This document shows, piece after piece, positions 16,862-26,167 of a stretch of DNA of 32,000 nt. Origin of the DNA: Edaphobacter aggregans (GTDB lineage Bacteria > Acidobacteriota > Terriglobia > Terriglobales > Acidobacteriaceae); assembly GCF_003945235.1 (NCBI RefSeq), contig NZ_RSDW01000001.1:2820001-2852000 (forward strand), written 5' to 3'. The notes under the pieces are model-generated. The model ran no database searches, was not told the origin of the DNA, and saw only the letters and a list, made by a program, of their open reading frames with translations. Numbering within the stretch: the first letter of the stretch is position 1; each line of letters begins with the position of its first letter. A program made the position numbers and the translations under genes.

Positions 16862-18366
16862 TGGCGCAATCCCTCCTGCCGCCCCGCCAAACCCCACCGG
16901 CTCTCCGGCGAAGCGCTCCCCCCACCCGGCGCAGCCTCCCGCTCAAAAGCGGCAAACAAAGCCGCCGCTAGAGCCGCAACATCCTCAGGCACCTCTGCTC
17001 CATCGACCATCGACCCCGCCGCCAGCAACCGCTCCAGATACCCCGTATCAATCCGCGCCGCCCGAAAATCTGCATCCATCAAAATCCGCCGGAACAGGGA
17101 GAGGTTTGTCTTGATTCCGCCAATCACATACTCTCCCAGCGCCCTGAGCATCCGGTCAATCGCAACCTCCCTGGTCTCCCCAAACGCCACCAGCTTCGAC
17201 AGCATCGGATCGTATTCCAGCGGCACCACCCACCCCGGATACACCGCACAATCCTCCCTGATCCCCGGCCCCCCCGGTTGCACCAGTCGCGTAATCAACC
17301 CCGGCGACGGGAAAAAATTGTTCTCTGGATCCTCCGCATAAACCCTGCACTCAATCGCATGGCCGCGCAGCCGCACATCCTCTTGCCTGAGCCCCAGCGG
17401 CTCGCCCATAGCCACACGTAGCTGCATCTGAACCAGATCGAGCCCCGTGACCATCTCCGTCACCGGATGCTCCACCTGCAGCCGCGTATTCATCTCCAGG
17501 AAGTAGAAGTTCTCCTCCGCATCCACCAGAAACTCCACCGTCCCCGCATTCACATACCCCGCCGAAAGCGCCAGCCGAACCGCAGCCTCGCCCATCCTCC
17601 TCCGCAAAGCCTCCCCGACAACGGCAGAGGGAGCCTCCTCGATCACCTTCTGGTGCCGCCGCTGAACCGAGCACTCCCGCTCGCCCAGATACAAGCAGCC
17701 GCCATGCTCATCCGCCATCACCTGGATCTCGATATGCCTCGGCCGCTCGATCAGCTTCTCCAGGTACACCTCACCCGACCCGAAGCTCCTCTCCGCCTCG
17801 CTGCTGGCCGCAGCATAGGCCGCATCCAGCTCCTCAGCCCGCATCACCGCCCGCATACCCTTCCCGCCACCCCCCGCAGCCGCCTTCAGCATCACTGGAT
17901 ACCCGATCCCATCGGCCACACGCCTAGCCTCCTCCACCCCTACTAACCCCGTGACACTCCCCGGCACCCTGGGCATACCCACCCTATCCGCCGCCTGCCG
18001 CGCCTGTGTCTTCGACCCCAATACCCGCATCGCATCCGCTGGAGGCCCAACAAACACCACCCCAGCCGCCGTACTAGCCTCAGCAAAGTCCGAATTCTCC
18101 GAAAGGAACCCATACCCCGGATGCACCGCATCCGCGCCCACCCGCCGCGCGATCTCCAAAATCAAATCACTCCGCAGATAGCTCTCCACTGCCGGTGCCG
18201 GTCCCAACCTATACGCCTCATCAGCATGAAGAACATGCAGCGCTGCCCTATCAGCGTCGGAGTATACGGCCACCGTCGCCAGCCCCATCTCACGGCACGC
18301 GCGAATCACCCGCAACGCAATCTCGCCGCGATTCGCAATCAAGACCTTTTGTATCGTCCGTCGCAA
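16858..18366 (-). CDS. accC: Biotin carboxylase subunit of an acyl-CoA/acetyl-CoA carboxylase
   Basis: 'KVLIANRGEIALRVIRACREMG', ATP-grasp 'MLKAAAGGGGKGMR', and 'EMNTRLQVEHPVTE'. 502 aa with a ~50-aa C-terminal extension. Apparent TTG start. Substrate specificity cannot be assigned because no carboxyltransferase gene is in the window. Confidence 0.93.
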   Translation of the reverse strand: MRRTIQKVLIANRGEIALRVIRACREMGLATVAVYSDADRAALHVLHADEAYRLGPAPAVESYLRSDLILEIARRVGADAVHPGYGFLSENSDFAEASTAAGVVFVGPPADAMRVLGSKTQARQAADRVGMPRVPGSVTGLVGVEEARRVADGIGYPVMLKAAAGGGGKGMRAVMRAEELDAAYAAASSEAERSFGSGEVYLEKLIERPRHIEIQVMADEHGGCLYLGERECSVQRRHQKVIEEAPSAVVGEALRRRMGEAAVRLALSAGYVNAGTVEFLVDAEENFYFLEMNTRLQVEHPVTEMVTGLDLVQMQLRVAMGEPLGLRQEDVRLRGHAIECRVYAEDPENNFFPSPGLITRLVQPGGPGIREDCAVYPGWVVPLEYDPMLSKLVAFGETREVAIDRMLRALGEYVIGGIKTNLSLFRRILMDADFRAARIDTGYLERLLAAGSMVDGAEVPEDVAALAAALFAAFEREAAPGGGSASPESRWGLAGRQEGLRQ

Positions 18367-18414
18367 GCGGCAATTCTACCCCACCCTGCCCACCATCCTC
18401 GCCCGAGCGACAAC

Positions 18415-18440
18415 AAAAAGGGCCTCCCCCTGGGAGACCC
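18415..18440 (-). terminator. Rho-independent terminator after the TPR lipoprotein gene
   Basis: Minus-strand RNA is GGGUCUCC-caggg-GGAGGCCC (8 bp including one G.U) followed by UUUUUGUUGU. It lies 26 nt after the TPR stop and ~50 nt before the accC start. Confidence 0.7.
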
Positions 18441-18465
18441 TTCTCGCTTCCGCAAAGCTCAGCGA

Positions 18466-19287
18466 CTACTGCATGGTTACGCCGCCGCCGGTCTTCTCTT
18501 CCTTCTTGCGCTCATTTTCCTTACGAGCGCCCATGGCCTTCCGATCCCATTCTTCGGCCTGAGCCACGTCTGCCTTGCGCGCCGCCTCATCTCCGCACGC
18601 CAAGTCAGCCCTGCGCCGATAGGTCAGGTTTAGATACGACATTGCATCGTCGTAAGTCGGGTTCAGTTCCACGGCTCTATGCAGAAACTGTAGTCCCTCA
18701 TTCACGAGAGCCGTGTTGGCCTCCTGCAGCTTCAGGCACGCACCCTTGCTCTTCTTTACGTTACCGTTTCCGTCATCGGTGAGACCATCTGCAGCCAGAA
18801 TCGTAGTTGCATTCTTGTACGCCTGGATCCAGTTCAGAACGCCCAGCGTGTAATACGCCTCCGCGTCATTGGGCGCAAGGGCAATCACTTTCTTCTCATA
18901 CTCCTTCGCCTCATCAAACTTCTTGATGTTGCGGTCGATCGACGCGATCTGTTTCAGGGCCGTCAGATCGTTCGGATCCTTTGCCAGCACCGCCTGAAAG
19001 CCGTCGATGGCCTTTTGCGCGATTTTCAGGTTCTCGGGCGTATCCAGGTTTGGAACCACCTGATAGGAGTATGCCGTCGCGAGATAGAGCTTCGCCTGAT
19101 CGTAGTTAGGGTCCAGCTCAATCGAATTCTGGAAGTGTCCTACGGCTTCTTCATAGCGCGCATTCTTGAAGGCCTGAATGCCCTTGTTGAGTTGGTCGCG
19201 CGCCTTCAGGCGGTTACACCCGGTTACTGAAGAAAGCAGCAGCGCTAGCATAGCGGCCGTAACCGGAATCCGTGCGGTCAATTTCAT
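18466..19287 (-). CDS. Tetratricopeptide-repeat lipoprotein
   Basis: Signal peptide with lipobox 'LLLSSVTGC'. Several TPR units (e.g. 'YEEAVGHFQNSIELDPNY', 'AEAYYTLGVLNWIQ'). Start set to ATG 19287 (MKLTARIP) downstream of AGGAGA. The track starts at TTG 19308. Confidence 0.85.
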   Translation of the reverse strand: MKLTARIPVTAAMLALLLSSVTGCNRLKARDQLNKGIQAFKNARYEEAVGHFQNSIELDPNYDQAKLYLATAYSYQVVPNLDTPENLKIAQKAIDGFQAVLAKDPNDLTALKQIASIDRNIKKFDEAKEYEKKVIALAPNDAEAYYTLGVLNWIQAYKNATTILAADGLTDDGNGNVKKSKGACLKLQEANTALVNEGLQFLHRAVELNPTYDDAMSYLNLTYRRRADLACGDEAARKADVAQAEEWDRKAMGARKENERKKEEKTGGGVTMQ

Positions 19288-19608
19288 TGGACGTGTTCTC
19301 TCCTTCAAAAGGGCGCGATGTTGTGGAACGGTGAATCGAACTGGGAATTTTCTTCTTGCCGCTTGATTGTAACGGTATATCTACCAATCTGGCCAGAGTA
19401 TCTCTATTTTCTGATGCTGGGAAAACCCTTTGCGTATTTCTATCTTGAATAAAACTCATGTTTCATGAGACCAAACTGCTTTCGACCGGTCTCACTAGAC
19501 CGCTCTTAGCCAAAGGCTATCTTCAGATACCTTCTGTAAAGGAATTTTTGGACGCGAAGTTTAGACGAAGGAGAGAGGCAACTAGTCTCACCTCCATATC
19601 AAACATAT

Positions 19609-20040
19609 TCATCTGTTGCGGGCCTCGCTCCCTGGGGTAATCAAAGCCACATTCTCAGTGCCCGCTGCGCGCCCTGCGTCAATCACCCTCGAGACCACTC
19701 CAAAATCCAAAGCCGCATCCGCCCTCAATAGAATTCTCCGTTCAACCTTCCGCCCCAGCAATTCCAACAGCAGCGGACTGACTTCAGTTTCACTCACAGA
19801 CTGCTCGTCAACAAAATACCGGGCCTCAACTCCTTGGATCTCCACCCGCACCAAAACAGGTCGATCCGCATCACCACTCCGCTGTTGCCCGGTGTTCGCG
19901 GACGGTAGTTCCGTATTAAGGCCACGTGGGAGAACAGGAACAATCACCATAAAGATGATCAGCAGAACCAAAAGCACATCGATCAGCGGAGTTACGTTGA
20001 TCTCAGAAGAGAGTCCCGAGCTATTCGTTGAGAAAGCCAT
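19609..20040 (-). CDS. exbD: ExbD/TolR family protein (third paralog)
   Basis: 'INVTPLIDVLLVLLIIFMVIVPV' TM helix with the conserved Asp; the periplasmic domain is divergent. Start ATG 20040 with GGGAG 8 nt upstream; the track ORF starts at 20070. Confidence 0.88.
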   Translation of the reverse strand: MAFSTNSSGLSSEINVTPLIDVLLVLLIIFMVIVPVLPRGLNTELPSANTGQQRSGDADRPVLVRVEIQGVEARYFVDEQSVSETEVSPLLLELLGRKVERRILLRADAALDFGVVSRVIDAGRAAGTENVALITPGSEARNR

Positions 20041-20098
20041 CGCTTCATCTCCCAATACAGAATTGGACAAGCGAGCACTCCATCAATGTCGACTACTC

Positions 20099-20150
20099 AA
20101 AAAAGCTCCGGGCGGCGAGCCAACTGGCCGCACCGCCCGTGCGAGAGCTT
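20099..20150 (-). terminator. Terminator/attenuator-like hairpin between exbD paralogs 2 and 3
   Basis: Minus-strand RNA is AAGCUC-ucgca-CGGGCGG-ugcGGCC-aguu-GGCucg-CCGCCCG-GAGCUU followed by UUUUUU (A-run 20099-20104 on plus). It starts 15 nt after the exbD2 stop. Confidence 0.65.
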
Positions 20151-20164
20151 CTTCCAAACTGTTT

Positions 20165-20599
20165 TTACTGTCCTGCTTCGACTCGCGGCGTAATCAGGCC
20201 AATGTTGTCCACGCCAGCCTGATGACCAAAATCGATCACTTCGGCAACCTTATTGAAGTCCAGGTCCTTATCGCCCTTCACAAACATGACCTTTTCCTGC
20301 CGCGTGGCAAAGATCTCCGCCAATTTAGGCTCCAAGTCCTGCTTGTTGAAAGCCGTGTCGTTGATCTTGTACGCCGGAGCGCCTGCGCCATTCGATATCA
20401 CCTGCACCACAATCGTGCGGTCGTTTGGCTCAGACTCTTTATGATCTTTGGGCGGCTGAGGAACCAGCGTATCCAAACCCTTCGGCGTTACTGGCACGAT
20501 CACCATGAAGATGATGAGTAGCACCAGCAGGACATCGATAAGCGGGGTTACGTTGATATCAGAAACCGCTCCGCCTGTATTTCCACCACCCATTCCCAT
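20165..20599 (-). CDS. exbD: ExbD/TolR family protein (second paralog)
   Basis: Same 24-aa TM block 'INVTPLIDVLLVLLIIFMVIVPV' as paralog 3. ATG 20599 (MGMGGGNTGG) with AGGAG 7 nt upstream; the track starts at GTG 20617. Confidence 0.9.
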   Translation of the reverse strand: MGMGGGNTGGAVSDINVTPLIDVLLVLLIIFMVIVPVTPKGLDTLVPQPPKDHKESEPNDRTIVVQVISNGAGAPAYKINDTAFNKQDLEPKLAEIFATRQEKVMFVKGDKDLDFNKVAEVIDFGHQAGVDNIGLITPRVEAGQ

Positions 20600-20658
20600 A
20601 GCAAATCTCCTTATCACTCCAGCTGTTCAAACTATGAGCAGCCGCTTTACAAAATTTC

Positions 20659-21102
<444 letters not shown>

Positions 21103-21168
21103 AACGTCGGCTCCGTCCGGGTTTGCCCGGCTCTTGCTGTCTCTATACTCTCCTGCGGCTCACTCTGC

Positions 21169-21200
21169 CTCCGGATGCCGTTCGCTGGCGGCATCCGGAG
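21169..21200 (-). other. Perfect 12-bp intercistronic stem-loop between exbB and exbD
   Basis: CTCCGGATGCCG-ttcgctgg-CGGCATCCGGAG. It lies 56 nt after the exbB stop and 67 nt before the exbD1 start, with no U-run on the minus strand. A second small hairpin CCGGG-tttg-CCCGG is at 21116-21129. Confidence 0.6.
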
Positions 21201-21255
21201 AAACCTCAGAGTTGTAACTCTCGCAGGTCCTACTGCCTTCGGTTACTACAAACGC

Positions 21256-21996
21256 TTACCGGTGGCTCTGCTTGATGAAGTAGTCCACCAGCTCGCTCGA
21301 GCTGTTGTCCATCTCGACGTCGAACGCCTCCACCTTACCGGTGAAGTAGTTGAATGTCATAACGGCCGGGATGGCGACGAGAAGTCCAAACGCCGTCGTC
21401 ACCAGGGCTTCCGAAATACCGCCGGCGACTGCACCGATACCGGAGGTCTTCTGCGTTGCAATCTGTTGGAAGGCGTTCAAAATACCGACGACCGTTCCGA
21501 ACAGACCAATAAAGGGTGCTGTCGATCCGATCGTTGCCAGGCCGCCGAGACCGCGCTTCAGCTTGGCGTGAACGATAGCCTCAGAGCGCTCCAGTGCACG
21601 CTTCGAGCTCTCCACCTGCTCCTCGGTGATGCTGCCGCCCGAACCGAAGCTGCGGAACTCCTGCAGACCGGCCACGACAACCTCTGCCAGGTGCGACTTC
21701 TTGCTGCGATCAGCAACCTTGATCGCCTCGTCCAGACGGCCATCCTTGAGTGCGCCGGCAACCTTCGGAGCAAACTCACGCGACTGCTTGCGAGCTGCCG
21801 AGAAATACAGCGCACGGTCGATAATCACAGCCAGCGACCAGATCGACATAATAAAGAGCAGAATAACGACCGCCCGAGCCAGGTTGCCCATGTTGGACCA
21901 GAGCTGCAGCGGGCTGAAACCGACCTGCGCCTCATCAAAGAACATGGCGAGCGAGGTGGGTACATGAGCGAAGTTTGCGAGATGAGCGAGAATCAC
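21256..21996 (-). CDS. exbB: MotA/TolQ/ExbB proton-channel family protein
   Basis: Three TM helices. 'GSTAPFIGLFGTVVGILNAF' and 'GGISEALVTTAFGLLVAIPAV' are ExbB/TolQ signatures. Start set to GTG 21996 with AGGAGG 10 nt upstream. Alternatives are 22056 (track) and ATG 21945. Confidence 0.9.
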   Translation of the reverse strand: MILAHLANFAHVPTSLAMFFDEAQVGFSPLQLWSNMGNLARAVVILLFIMSIWSLAVIIDRALYFSAARKQSREFAPKVAGALKDGRLDEAIKVADRSKKSHLAEVVVAGLQEFRSFGSGGSITEEQVESSKRALERSEAIVHAKLKRGLGGLATIGSTAPFIGLFGTVVGILNAFQQIATQKTSGIGAVAGGISEALVTTAFGLLVAIPAVMTFNYFTGKVEAFDVEMDNSSSELVDYFIKQSHR

Positions 21997-22112
21997 TTGG
22001 ATATTTCCTCCTGGTAGAACTCTAACTTTCCAAATCTTGACCCGTGTATCCCCCAAAAGTTCGCCAACTGAGGAATACGCGAGAGGACAATTGAGATAAC
22101 AGAACCCCTGGT

Positions 22113-22847
22113 TTAGCCTCCGCCAAAGTTGAAGTTCACGGTGATCTGCGTCTCAACCTCGGTCGGTTCACCATTCAACAGATATGGTTTGTAGCGCCAG
22201 TTTCGAACGGCGTCGAGCGCGCTTGCCCGCAGCATCTCCGGACCGCTGATCACCGTCAGGTTCGTAACTGTGCCCTCCTTCGAGATCAGGGCGTGCAGCA
22301 CAACCGCACCGGACACATGCGCTGCCTTGGCAATCGGAGGATAGATCGGCTTTGGCTGCGAGATAGCCAGACCGCTAATGACGCCGCTCGATACTCGCAT
22401 CGGCCCTTTAGGTGGAGCAACCTTCACCACCGGCGTAGGCGCAGTTCCAATGCCGCCCATCACGCCACCCGGGACGCCGCTTCCGCTACCCATACCGGAC
22501 ATGCCAGCGACGCCAGCCATCTGAGGTGGGGGCGCAGCATCTTCCTTCAGCATCTTGATATCCTTAGGAATCTTCGTCGGCGCGTGCAGGCCCTGGTCGA
22601 TCTCCGATACCATCTTGATCGGCTTCACAACCTGCGCCGGAGGCGGAGGCGGTGGAGGTGGTGGAGGCGGCGGAGGCGCCGTCAGCATGGCCGTCATGGC
22701 CGTCTTCGGCAACGCCTCAGGATACAGCAGCGGGATAAGGATCATCGTGAGCAGAATTGCGCCATTGAATACAAATGTCGCGATCATCCAGTACTTGGAC
22801 TTGGTCTTGATCTTCCCGCCGGATTCCATCAATGAGTCTTCAAACAT
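22113..22847 (-). CDS. tonB: Energy transducer TonB
   Basis: N-terminal TM anchor 'YWMIATFVFNGAILLTMILIPLLY', a pure poly-Pro spacer, and a C-terminal TonB domain '...YPPIAKAAHVSGAVVLHALISKEGTVTNLTVISGPEMLRASALDAVRNWRYKPYLLNGEP'. GAGAGG RBS. Confidence 0.9.
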   Translation of the reverse strand: MFEDSLMESGGKIKTKSKYWMIATFVFNGAILLTMILIPLLYPEALPKTAMTAMLTAPPPPPPPPPPPPPAQVVKPIKMVSEIDQGLHAPTKIPKDIKMLKEDAAPPPQMAGVAGMSGMGSGSGVPGGVMGGIGTAPTPVVKVAPPKGPMRVSSGVISGLAISQPKPIYPPIAKAAHVSGAVVLHALISKEGTVTNLTVISGPEMLRASALDAVRNWRYKPYLLNGEPTEVETQITVNFNFGGG

Positions 22848-22956
22848 ATGCAGCCTCTCTACTGGAAGAGCTATTGATATTTAGACACCACATCGTTCAG
22901 ATTTGTTCCCTGTTTGCGGATCCCAGACAACCCGATTGCAGATTTATTTTTGGGTA

Positions 22957-23919
22957 CTACGCCTTGGCCTTTTTTCCCGCAGGCAATGTTGCCGTCTTGC
23001 CCCGTTTTGCTCGCCATTCCTGGTACGCCACCAGCATCGGCGCCGCCACAGCAATCGACGAATAAGTACCAATTAGGATGCCAACCACAAGGGCGAAGGA
23101 GAAGCCATGCAGCACTTCGCCACCAAATAAATACAGCGACAGCACCGTCAGAAAGGTCAGACCGGAGGAGATCACTGTCCGGCTCAGCGTCTGATTGATG
23201 CTGCGATTCACGACATATGCCAGCGATTCTCTCCGTGACAGCGCCAAGTTCTCGCGAATACGGTCGAAGACGACGATCGTGTCGTTCATCGAATAACCAA
23301 TTAATGTGAGGATCGCTGCGATGACGGTAAGCGTAATCTCCTGATTCGTCAAGCTGAATGCTCCGATTGTGATCAGCGTGTCGTGGAACACCGCCACCAC
23401 AGCAGCCACACCATAGATCAACTCGAACCGGAACCACAGATACACCAGCATCCCAATCAGCGAATATATCGTCGCCAGGAAAGCCTGTTTCTGCAACTGC
23501 TTACCCGCCGTCGGCCCGACAATCTCCACCTGCTCAATGCTGGGAGTCGAGTCGTGATAGTTCGCTAGCAGCGCATTCTCCACGCTCTGACGCCCCGCAT
23601 CGTGCGCCGCATCCGTCGCCGACGACTGAGGCAGTGCGATGATCACCTTGTTCGCCGCATGTCCACTCGGGTCGCTGATGCGCTGAATCGTCGCATCATG
23701 AAGTCCCGCCCGGTCCATCGCCTGCCGGATATGGGCCTCGTTCGGCGTCTGGGCAAACTCCACCCGGATCTGCGTTCCGCCCTTGAAGTCCACACCCAGT
23801 GGAAGATGGTGCCAGAACAGCAGGCTAAGGATGCCGGCCACTGAAAAGATCAGCGAAAACCCGAGAAAGTACCACTTCTTCCCAAGCCAGTCGATATTCG
23901 TACTACGAAACAGTTCCAC
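22957..23919 (-). CDS. secF: Protein translocase subunit SecF
   Basis: Start set to GTG 23919 (VELFRSTNIDWLGKKWYF, the usual SecF N-terminus) with GAGGA 9 nt upstream. The track ORF's additional upstream residues (to 24180) overlap secD. Six TM helices; 'DTIVVFDRIREN'. Confidence 0.92.
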   Translation of the reverse strand: MELFRSTNIDWLGKKWYFLGFSLIFSVAGILSLLFWHHLPLGVDFKGGTQIRVEFAQTPNEAHIRQAMDRAGLHDATIQRISDPSGHAANKVIIALPQSSATDAAHDAGRQSVENALLANYHDSTPSIEQVEIVGPTAGKQLQKQAFLATIYSLIGMLVYLWFRFELIYGVAAVVAVFHDTLITIGAFSLTNQEITLTVIAAILTLIGYSMNDTIVVFDRIRENLALSRRESLAYVVNRSINQTLSRTVISSGLTFLTVLSLYLFGGEVLHGFSFALVVGILIGTYSSIAVAAPMLVAYQEWRAKRGKTATLPAGKKAKA

Positions 23920-23975
23920 GCTCTTCAATCCTCGGCGGCAACCCTTCAAGGGCCCGCAATCTCTCAAAATCTCTG

Positions 23976-25595
23976 CTAAATCGACAACGGCGCGCCGCGT
24001 TCCTTCTTCTGCAAATGGGAATCGAAGATCACGCGCGACACAAACACCGCGGTAAACAGATTCGCCAGAAGACCAAACACCAGCGTCAGCGCAAATCCGC
24101 GAACCGGCCCCGTACCGAACAGGAACAGGATCGCCGCCGACACAATCGTCGTCACGTGCGTATCGATGATTGTGACCCATGCATGCGCAAATCCCTGCTG
24201 CACCGCGGCCGCCGCCGTCTTTCCGGCTCGAAGCTCTTCGCGGATGCGCTCAAAGATCAGCACATTCGAGTCCACGCCCATACCGATGGTCAGGATCACG
24301 CCTGCAATACCCGGCAGCGTCAGCGTAGCCCCGGTAAAGCCCATAAACCCAAGCAGGATCACCAGGTTCAGAATCAACGCCAGATTCGCATTGATACCCG
24401 CGCCACGGTAGTACACCAGCATGAACAGCATGACAGCCAGCATGCCGGCAACCGCCGCAATTACGCCCTGACGAATCGAAGCTGCTCCAAGGCTCGGTCC
24501 AACCACCCGGGTCTCCAGATACGAGATCGACGCCGGCAGAGCGCCCGTCCGCAACATCAGCGAAAGATCGTTCGCCTGCTGCTGCGTGAAGCCGCCCGTA
24601 ATCTCGCCGCTGTCCCGAATCGCCGACTGAATCCCGGCGACCTCGCGAACTTTGTTATCCAACACGATCGCCATCGAACCCGGCGTAGCGGTGTTGGCAC
24701 TGTGTTCGCTCGTGTACTTGTAGAAGCGGTCACCCGCCTCCGTCGTCAAAGTAAAGCGGATGTTCGGCCGCCCATTCTGGTCCTGCGAGGGCTGCGCATC
24801 GCGGAAGTCCGTACCTTCCACCTCGCTCACCCGCTTCAGCAACCAAACCTGCTCCGGCGCCCCTGCCGATCCCGAGCCCCGCACCAGCATCGAGTCCGGC
24901 GGAATCACTCCGTTATTAGCCTGGAGCGCATCCTGCTCTGTCCCCCACGGCCCACCCACTACAGCATGAATCTCCAGCTTGGCCGTCGACTGAATGACCT
25001 CTTCGACGCGCGCCGGATCGCTCACACCGGGCAGCTCCACCAAAATCTGGTTCTCGCCCAATCCATATTTCTGGATCACAGGCTCGGCAACTCCCAGCTT
25101 GTCGATACGTTCGCGGATCGTCTCGATCGACGTATCCAGCGTCCGCGCCGACAGGTCCCGCACCGCCGCCTGCTTCATCGTAAGCATCAGGGATCCGTCA
25201 GGCGCAGTCGTCACTTCGTAGTTCGCGTAGTCGACGCCCTGCACCACGTTGCGCACATCGCCCAGCTTGCCTGCCGGAATACCCGAAACCACAATCGTCT
25301 GCGGATGCGCCGGATCGCTCCTGCCTACAGTCGCGCCGGTAATGCCGGCCTTCTGCAGGTCTGTCTCCAGCCGGGCCGCATCGCGGTCCACAGCCGAAGC
25401 GATTGCCTCCGCAACATGGACCTCGAGCACCAGATGCGTGCCGCCCTTCAGGTCAAGTCCAAGGTTGATGTTATTGGTGATGAGTGTTTTCAGTGACCCC
25501 ATTTTCGGCGCGTTGAAGCCAAAAAAGATCCCATAAAAGAAGATCACCAGTACCGCAATGATGGATGCCGTCTTACCGGCCAGATTCTTGCCCAT
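23976..25595 (-). CDS. secD: Protein translocase subunit SecD
   Basis: 'LGLDLKGGTHLVLEV', a large periplasmic domain, and C-terminal TM bundle 'DSNVLIFERIREE'. Start is ATG 25595 or TTG 25622; neither has a clear RBS. Confidence 0.93.
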   Translation of the reverse strand: MGKNLAGKTASIIAVLVIFFYGIFFGFNAPKMGSLKTLITNNINLGLDLKGGTHLVLEVHVAEAIASAVDRDAARLETDLQKAGITGATVGRSDPAHPQTIVVSGIPAGKLGDVRNVVQGVDYANYEVTTAPDGSLMLTMKQAAVRDLSARTLDTSIETIRERIDKLGVAEPVIQKYGLGENQILVELPGVSDPARVEEVIQSTAKLEIHAVVGGPWGTEQDALQANNGVIPPDSMLVRGSGSAGAPEQVWLLKRVSEVEGTDFRDAQPSQDQNGRPNIRFTLTTEAGDRFYKYTSEHSANTATPGSMAIVLDNKVREVAGIQSAIRDSGEITGGFTQQQANDLSLMLRTGALPASISYLETRVVGPSLGAASIRQGVIAAVAGMLAVMLFMLVYYRGAGINANLALILNLVILLGFMGFTGATLTLPGIAGVILTIGMGVDSNVLIFERIREELRAGKTAAAAVQQGFAHAWVTIIDTHVTTIVSAAILFLFGTGPVRGFALTLVFGLLANLFTAVFVSRVIFDSHLQKKERGAPLSI

Positions 25596-25717
25596 GATCT
25601 TTATCGAAGGTGCAGCCTGCAACGCCCTGCTCCAGCCCTGCCGCCGCTATCCTTGTTTCTTCCTCGTCCGTTTCTAACGGTTGAATCTAAATTCTCTACT
25701 GCTTCTGCTTCTCGTCG

Positions 25718-26032
25718 CTAAGCCGCTTCGTCGGTGGTCACAGCGGCAATCGAACTCTTCACAAACTCAAGCTTCACCCCGTCGGGCTGGACGCGCAGCA
25801 CAACAGTATCGTCCTTGACCGTCAGAATCGTCCCCTTGATCCCGCCATTTGTTGTCACGCGGTCTCCGGACTTCAATTGTGACAGCATCTCCTGCCACTT
25901 TTTCTGCTTCTTCTGGTTAGGAGCGATCATCAAAAAGTACAGCACCGCGAAGAACAGCAGCGGGAGCGCAAGTCCGCCCAAATTACCAAGGGCGAATCCC
26001 CCGGCAGTACTTTGCAACCACATTGCCAACAT
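25718..26032 (-). CDS. yajC: Preprotein translocase subunit YajC
   Basis: 'LPLLFFAVLYFLMIAPNQKKQKKWQEMLSQLKSGDRVTTNGGIKGTI' is the YajC signature. ATG 26032 with GGAG 7 nt upstream; the track starts at TTG 26062. Confidence 0.9.
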   Translation of the reverse strand: MLAMWLQSTAGGFALGNLGGLALPLLFFAVLYFLMIAPNQKKQKKWQEMLSQLKSGDRVTTNGGIKGTILTVKDDTVVLRVQPDGVKLEFVKSSIAAVTTDEAA

Positions 26033-26167
26033 CAAATAGCTCCATTCCGTACAACACAGCAACGACCACGCAAACGCGCACCCATGCCTTCAGGCCGAAA
26101 AATGACGCCTAGCCCCTAAGCATCGCTGTTATCCCACCCTCATGTCAAGAAACCCACCGCCGGAACA

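Noticed and set aside
16278-17341. P/S/T-rich plus-strand ORFs (278 aa and 213 aa)
   Set aside because: Antisense to the biotinyl carrier and biotin carboxylase genes. The proline/serine low complexity is typical of antisense GC-rich frames.
19616-20521. 301-aa plus-strand ORF spanning two exbD genes
   Set aside because: It crosses the exbD2/exbD3 intergenic terminator and is antisense to two clear ExbD ORFs, so it is a shadow.
21175-22017. 280-aa plus-strand ORF
   Set aside because: Antisense to exbB, whose TM and signature motifs are clear.
22638-22680. GGAGGCGG-type repeat that looked like a microsatellite or G-quadruplex tract
   Set aside because: It is in frame within tonB and simply encodes the poly-Pro spacer.
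24015-25496. 493-aa plus-strand ORF
   Set aside because: Antisense to secD and the end of secF. The translation is R/H/Q-rich and non-protein-like, while secD/secF motifs are unambiguous on the other strand.
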